DNA of 64,000 bases from an uncultured bacterium (GTDB lineage Bacteria; Cyanobacteriota; Cyanobacteriia; Cyanobacteriales; Geitlerinemataceae). Positions 59,627 to 64,000 of the stretch are shown here, piece after piece. The notes under the pieces were generated by a model. That model ran no database searches. It saw only the letters and a list, made by a program, of their open reading frames with translations, and had not been told where the DNA came from. Both the position numbers and the translations under genes were made by a program. The stretch is from NCBI GenBank assembly GCA_964420595.1, contig CAYQUF010000005.1:187-64186 (forward strand), in the 5' to 3' direction. The number at the start of each line of letters is the position of its first letter. The stretch's first letter is position 1.

Positions 59627-61060
59627 TTACCGATCGCCTTTCTCCGATTCTTCTATGGTTTTCCGATAAATTTTTTCCACTTCTTCCAGCGTTTCTTCGG
59701 GATCTCGCTGTGCCGATTTTTGCACGTAGTTTAGCTTCCACTCCTCCAACAAATTGGTGAGCATGGTTTCTAACTCTCGCATTGTCTCCTCATCTTTTAA
59801 TTCATCTCGCAATGCTGTATTAAATTGTTCCGTGAGGCGATCGAAGACTTTCCGTCCTTGTTCGTCCGAATACGAAGAGGCTAAAACGTCGGTCGTAGCG
59901 CGCGCGAGATAGGTCGAGACTTGCCGAATGGCGTCGTCCGGCAAATCTTGAATCGCGGGAACGTTTCTCAAGGTGTCGTAAAATGCAGATTGTTGTAGCG
60001 AACTCGTGAGAGAATAGTGCAATAACTCCTCAATATTGGGTTGAACTTTTGGAACAACTTTGTAGATCGTCAATTCCAACAAGCGATCGGCGATCGCCTC
60101 GACTTCATCAATATCGCCAACGCGCACGTATTCTTTCGGTTCTAAAAACGCTCGCGCTGCTTCCCCTTGTTTAATCGAATCTTGCCATTGATCGATGGTG
60201 CGAATTGTGACAAATTCCGACACGCGATCGGATAAATACGCCGCCGGTTCGTAGGTAACTTGCGATAAAATCCGCTCTAAATCGATAATCTTTGCCTTGT
60301 GCAACCGGATCGTGACCGGAATGATTCGCAACCACCGCCACACCGGAAGCAGGAGAAATATATCGTACCACCGCCGCAACATGCCATCGAACCAATTGAT
60401 GCCCGGCATTTGGCGCGAGATAGCTAACGTCCGAACTAAAAAATCAATGCCAAAAAAGACAATAAAAACCGTATCGACTAGCCAAAATCGATCGATAAAC
60501 TGGCCGTTTTCATCCGTTTCGCGAAAATAATTCGTCCGCAACGGCGCGCGAATTTGAGTGTCGAAAAACGACAGTTCGCGAGTCCACCCCTGTTGCGCGA
60601 GATATTCGACCGTCCAAAACTTTTGAAATGCTTCTCTGGCTGTCTCCGTCCCCACGTGCTGGCGCATCCGCCGCTTCACCTTGGCAAACATCGCCAGCTT
60701 TTGCGCCATAAACGGGTCTTCTTCAATTAAAGCATTGCTTTGACGGCGCAGTTTCTCTAACAGGGCTTTCGACTCAGGCGATCGCAACCCGGAGCGAGCG
60801 ATACTGGCTTGCACCCTCTGCGTCGTCTCCAGATACCGTTGCGTTTGCGGGTGGGGATCGATGCCTTTAATCGGATCGTACAAGCTCACGACGGTGGGCG
60901 CGTAGCGCAAGTAAACATCCCTGAGCGGCACGTAACTGAGATTAAACAGCCCCATGAGCAAGTTTAACAGGGCAATCAGGGCGATCGCCTTAGCCCACCA
61001 AGGAATGCGGCGATCGCGTCGTGACTGGGTTGGCGTGTTAGCGGCGTTAGAATCGGACAT
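59627..61060 (-). CDS. Hypothetical membrane protein with S3/S4-like (voltage-sensor-like) segment and long soluble helical C-terminus
   Basis: TM helices include 'FIVFFGIDFLVRTL' and 'WYDIFLLLPVWRWLRIIPVTIRLHKAK'. No pore region is apparent. Confidence 0.55.
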   Translation of the reverse strand: MSDSNAANTPTQSRRDRRIPWWAKAIALIALLNLLMGLFNLSYVPLRDVYLRYAPTVVSLYDPIKGIDPHPQTQRYLETTQRVQASIARSGLRSPESKALLEKLRRQSNALIEEDPFMAQKLAMFAKVKRRMRQHVGTETAREAFQKFWTVEYLAQQGWTRELSFFDTQIRAPLRTNYFRETDENGQFIDRFWLVDTVFIVFFGIDFLVRTLAISRQMPGINWFDGMLRRWYDIFLLLPVWRWLRIIPVTIRLHKAKIIDLERILSQVTYEPAAYLSDRVSEFVTIRTIDQWQDSIKQGEAARAFLEPKEYVRVGDIDEVEAIADRLLELTIYKVVPKVQPNIEELLHYSLTSSLQQSAFYDTLRNVPAIQDLPDDAIRQVSTYLARATTDVLASSYSDEQGRKVFDRLTEQFNTALRDELKDEETMRELETMLTNLLEEWKLNYVQKSAQRDPEETLEEVEKIYRKTIEESEKGDR

Positions 61061-61266
61061 TGGCGTGTGGAACGAAAACAGTAGATTGTAGCAACTGGAC
61101 TTGCACAGATTGTATCAAGACAGCCTTCAGACTATCCTGAGAGCATCTGCCCATCGCTGAAATCTCTCGGGGAAAGATTTGCTAGAACGCACGCATTTGG
61201 GCGATCGCCATCAGTTCTGGCAACCTTTCGTCTCGATAATGTCCAATTGTAAGGAGAAACGAACTT

Positions 61267-61629
61267 ATGGGTTGGTTGCAACGCATGTTCGGTCAAGAAG
61301 CCGAAGAACAAGCCCAAGAATTTGAAAGCGTCGCTCCCGTCTTTGAGGCACCGGAACCCTCGGAAGAAAACGCCGAAATTCCACCCGAACGGCTGGGACT
61401 TGACGGCGGATACGACCAAAGCGGTTTGGCTAAACGAGTCGCCCTCGCCTTCGATCGCGATCCCGACACCGACGATATCGATACCATCTGGGTCGCTCAA
61501 ACCAGCGGCACCGTGGTCCTCAAAGGGCGAGTCCCCAGCCAAGACGATCTCGATCGCCTGGTTGAAATTGCCGGGAACGTCCACGGTGCCACCGATGTCG
61601 TCGCCGAGGAAGTCGAAGTCGAGGCATAA
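61267..61629 (+). CDS. BON-domain protein
   Basis: The C-terminal 'IWVAQTSGTVVLKGRVPSQDDLDRLVEIAGNVHGATDVV' fits the BON pattern. Confidence 0.65.
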   Translation: MGWLQRMFGQEAEEQAQEFESVAPVFEAPEPSEENAEIPPERLGLDGGYDQSGLAKRVALAFDRDPDTDDIDTIWVAQTSGTVVLKGRVPSQDDLDRLVEIAGNVHGATDVVAEEVEVEA

Positions 61630-61741
61630 CGCTGGCGCGATCGGACATTAACCCCGACCGAGAGTGCGTTACGGCGATTTTACCAAATGTCGAGATACAC
61701 TACCTCGCTCGACGCCGTAACTACACCCTCCCTTTCGCGAT

Positions 61742-63184
61742 CTATCCGTCGTCTCCCGCTGCTGCATCCGCCGTGGCGGGTTTTTCAGTTTGCAACAGCG
61801 TTCGCAACCAAGCCGGAGCTAAGAACGTGGTCAGAATCACCATGACGATAATCGCGGCTTCGAGGGGATCCGACAGCACGCCGCTCGACGCACCCACCCC
61901 TGCAAACACCAAACCGACCTCGCCTCGGGGAATCATCCCGACGCCAATCGCCAGCTTGTTCGTATCCGGTTTGCCGACAATGGTAAATCCAGACAGCACC
62001 TTACCGATAATCGCCACCACGATTAAGAACGCTGCCATAATCAGCCCTTGACGGTTGCTAGGCACGGCGGGATTGAGGACGCTCAAGTCGGTTTGCGCCC
62101 CGACCACCACGAAGAACACCGGCACCAGCATATCGGCGACCGGGACGATTTGTTCTTCGAGTTCGTGTTGCTTCTCGGTTTCGCCCAACACCAAACCTGC
62201 CGCAAATGCACCCAAAATGGCTTCGAGTTGAATGGCGGTGGCAATATACGCCAGCAAGAATGCAAAAATTAAACCGATAATCAACAGCGGCCCGCGCGTT
62301 TTCAGTTCTTTGACCAGGGTCATGATGTAGGGACTGATAAACCGCCCCAGCAGAATCACCCCAACCAGGAACACCGCCGCACTAATAATCAGATAGAGAA
62401 TGTTGGTCACCTCGATTTCGCCGGTTTTGACCAAACTGGCGACCACCGCCAACACGATAATCCCGAGGACGTCATCGAGGACGGCGGCTCCGATAATAAT
62501 CTGACCTTCCTTGGAATTGAGCCGTTGCAATTCTGCCAGCACCTTAGCGGTAATGCCGATACTGGTCGCCGTTAGGGCAGCTCCGGCGAAAATTGCCGGA
62601 ATCGTGGCAACGCCAAACAACGAAATCAGTCCGACCGTTCCCAGCGCAAAGGGAAGCACGACCCCGACAATGGCCACCAATGCCGCTTGCGGGCCGTATT
62701 TAATCAGTTCCCCCAGTTCCGATTCCAACCCGATTTCAAACAGGAGAATGGCGACGCCGAGTTCCGATAAAACGGAAATGACCTCGCTTTGGGCTGCAAA
62801 CGTCGGCGCGACTTGTTCGGCACTCAAGCCTGCACTCGATTGCAGCAGGTTCATGATAATCGATTCGCTCGCCTCGGCACCGGATTCGGGAAACACCAAC
62901 AGGTGCAAGGCAGACACGCCGACCGCCACGCCGCCGACTAACTCGCCGAGGACGGGAGGTAAATTAATGCGAGCGCAGGCTTCTCCGCCCACCTTGCTCG
63001 CCAGGTAAATTACGATCAGGCTCAGCAGCACGCCAGCGAAGACCATGGTTTCGTCGGCCTCCACCTCCGTTTCTGCTGCGGCTGCCAGTAAAGGCAAGGC
63101 GCGATCGCCGCCGATAAATGAAAAGATAGGTGAAAAGAAAGTCATCCAGGTCATGGAATCGGTCATTGGTTCTGTTGAACTCAA
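61742..63184 (-). CDS. Cation:proton antiporter (CPA2 / Kef-NhaP type)
   Basis: About 12 TM helices. 'LGELVGGVAVG', 'LLFEIGLE' and 'AAVLDDVLGIIVLA' are typical of Na+/H+ exchanger family proteins. Confidence 0.85.
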   Translation of the reverse strand: MSSTEPMTDSMTWMTFFSPIFSFIGGDRALPLLAAAAETEVEADETMVFAGVLLSLIVIYLASKVGGEACARINLPPVLGELVGGVAVGVSALHLLVFPESGAEASESIIMNLLQSSAGLSAEQVAPTFAAQSEVISVLSELGVAILLFEIGLESELGELIKYGPQAALVAIVGVVLPFALGTVGLISLFGVATIPAIFAGAALTATSIGITAKVLAELQRLNSKEGQIIIGAAVLDDVLGIIVLAVVASLVKTGEIEVTNILYLIISAAVFLVGVILLGRFISPYIMTLVKELKTRGPLLIIGLIFAFLLAYIATAIQLEAILGAFAAGLVLGETEKQHELEEQIVPVADMLVPVFFVVVGAQTDLSVLNPAVPSNRQGLIMAAFLIVVAIIGKVLSGFTIVGKPDTNKLAIGVGMIPRGEVGLVFAGVGASSGVLSDPLEAAIIVMVILTTFLAPAWLRTLLQTEKPATADAAAGDDG

Positions 63185-63237
63185 CCCTGCTTAATGTACA
63201 TGGTTCTTCCAGGCAACTCGAGATCGGGTTATCGGAT

Positions 63238-64000
63238 CTAGACAAAAACTCGGTGTTGCAGCGAGGGCATTTGACGGCGAACTTGTTGCAAGCGAGAGGG
63301 ACTAATTTCGGCGATCGCCACGCCGGGTCGATCCCCCGCATCTGACAATACTACACCCCAAGGATCCACAATAGCGGCGTGTCCGTGGGTGTGGCGCAAG
63401 CCATAATGCCGTCCCGTTTGCGCCGGAGCGATCGCGTAGCAGGTATTTTCGATCGCCCGGGCTTGAATCAAAACCTGCCAGTGATCTTTGCCCGTATACG
63501 CCGTAAACGCTGCCGGAACGAACAACACGTCTGCTCCCTTATCGGCGAGGTGGCGGTACAGTTCGGGAAAGCGCACGTCGTAACACACTGACAGTCCCAA
63601 GGTGCCGAATTCATCGGAATGGTAGACCGGAGGCAGGTCGCGACCCGCCGTCACCGTACTCGATTCGCAATACGTATTGCCATCGGGCAAATTAACGTCG
63701 AATAGGTGAACTTTTTGATACCGCGCCAGTTCCTTGCCGTTCGGGTCGATGAGCAGTGCTGTATTGTAAACCTTACCGCCTTCGCTCGGAACTGGAAAGC
63801 CGCCGCCGAGAACGGTCACTTGAAAGCGCTGTGCCATCGTTTTGAGAAACTTTTCACTGCGATGGGCGATCGTGTCGGCTTGTCGGACTTTTTCCTCTTC
63901 TTCGCCCAAAAACGGAAAATTTTCGGGCAGACCGATCAATTCTGCCCCCTGTCGTACCGCTAGATCGATTAGTTCCTCTGCCTGAACTAAATTTTTCTCC
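63238..64000 (-). CDS. Carbon-nitrogen hydrolase (nitrilase superfamily, Nit/omega-amidase-like); N-terminus beyond the window
   Basis: 'GLSVCYDVRFPELY' is the catalytic Cys context. 'FVPAAFT' and 'WQVLIQARAIEN' are also present. The frame stays open to position 64000 ('EKNLVQAEELIDLAVRQGAELIGLPENF'). Confidence 0.85.
   Translation of the reverse strand, partial: EKNLVQAEELIDLAVRQGAELIGLPENFPFLGEEEEKVRQADTIAHRSEKFLKTMAQRFQVTVLGGGFPVPSEGGKVYNTALLIDPNGKELARYQKVHLFDVNLPDGNTYCESSTVTAGRDLPPVYHSDEFGTLGLSVCYDVRFPELYRHLADKGADVLFVPAAFTAYTGKDHWQVLIQARAIENTCYAIAPAQTGRHYGLRHTHGHAAIVDPWGVVLSDAGDRPGVAIAEISPSRLQQVRRQMPSLQHRVFV

Noticed and set aside
59130-59741. 203-aa ORF overlapping ridA in another frame
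   Set aside because: The translation is Arg-rich and motif-free, and ridA in the other frame is unambiguous.

Overview
This is a cyanobacterial chromosomal segment. The octamer palindrome GCGATCGC (HIP1) recurs throughout both genes and spacers. All product calls come from reading the supplied translations and recognising motifs from memory; no searches were run.

About 60 genes are supportable, and most are core or cell-envelope functions:
- **Iron, amino acid and housekeeping:** feoB (interrupted) and feoA, glmM, clpS, hom, an isolated ureB, an MscS-family channel, lnt, argB, a PfkB sugar kinase, mgtE, htpX, ridA, a CPA2 antiporter and a nitrilase-superfamily hydrolase.
- **Carboxysome and cytochrome c:** ccmP, and ccsB with ccdA.
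- **Glycan locus 1 (2.3-14 kb, + strand):** two tandem paralogous polytopic membrane proteins, a SAM methyltransferase, a long-form sugar-1-P nucleotidyltransferase, GT2, GT4, glmM and an O-antigen-ligase/Wzy-like protein.
- **Glycan locus 2 (53.3-58.8 kb, - strand):** an AT-rich sulfotransferase-like gene followed by GT4, GT4, GT2 and a GT2-like gene.
- **Others:** three pentapeptide-repeat genes, and a signalling operon of PhnD-like binding protein, hybrid histidine kinase and REC-GGDEF-EAL regulator.

No rRNA, tRNA or CRISPR array was found.

The best candidates for undescribed biology are:
1. 48.2-51.6 kb: a WD40 protein whose ~190-aa membrane/coiled-coil N-module is duplicated as a stand-alone neighbour gene. 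Next to it sits a HIP1-free, AT-rich two-gene cassette of unknown function.
2. 35.0-38.4 kb: a tightly packed operon of [2Fe-2S] ferredoxin, acyltransferase and DUF5682 protein. It lacks the AAA+/VWA partners I recall for DUF5682 and abuts a decayed zone holding a MITE-like insert and a triple-lesion DUF433 antitoxin pseudogene.
3. The tandem GT-C-like paralogues that head glycan locus 1.
4. ccmP packed against a pentapeptide-repeat gene and a secreted lipoprotein.

All of these are inferences that need homology, structure and expression checks.
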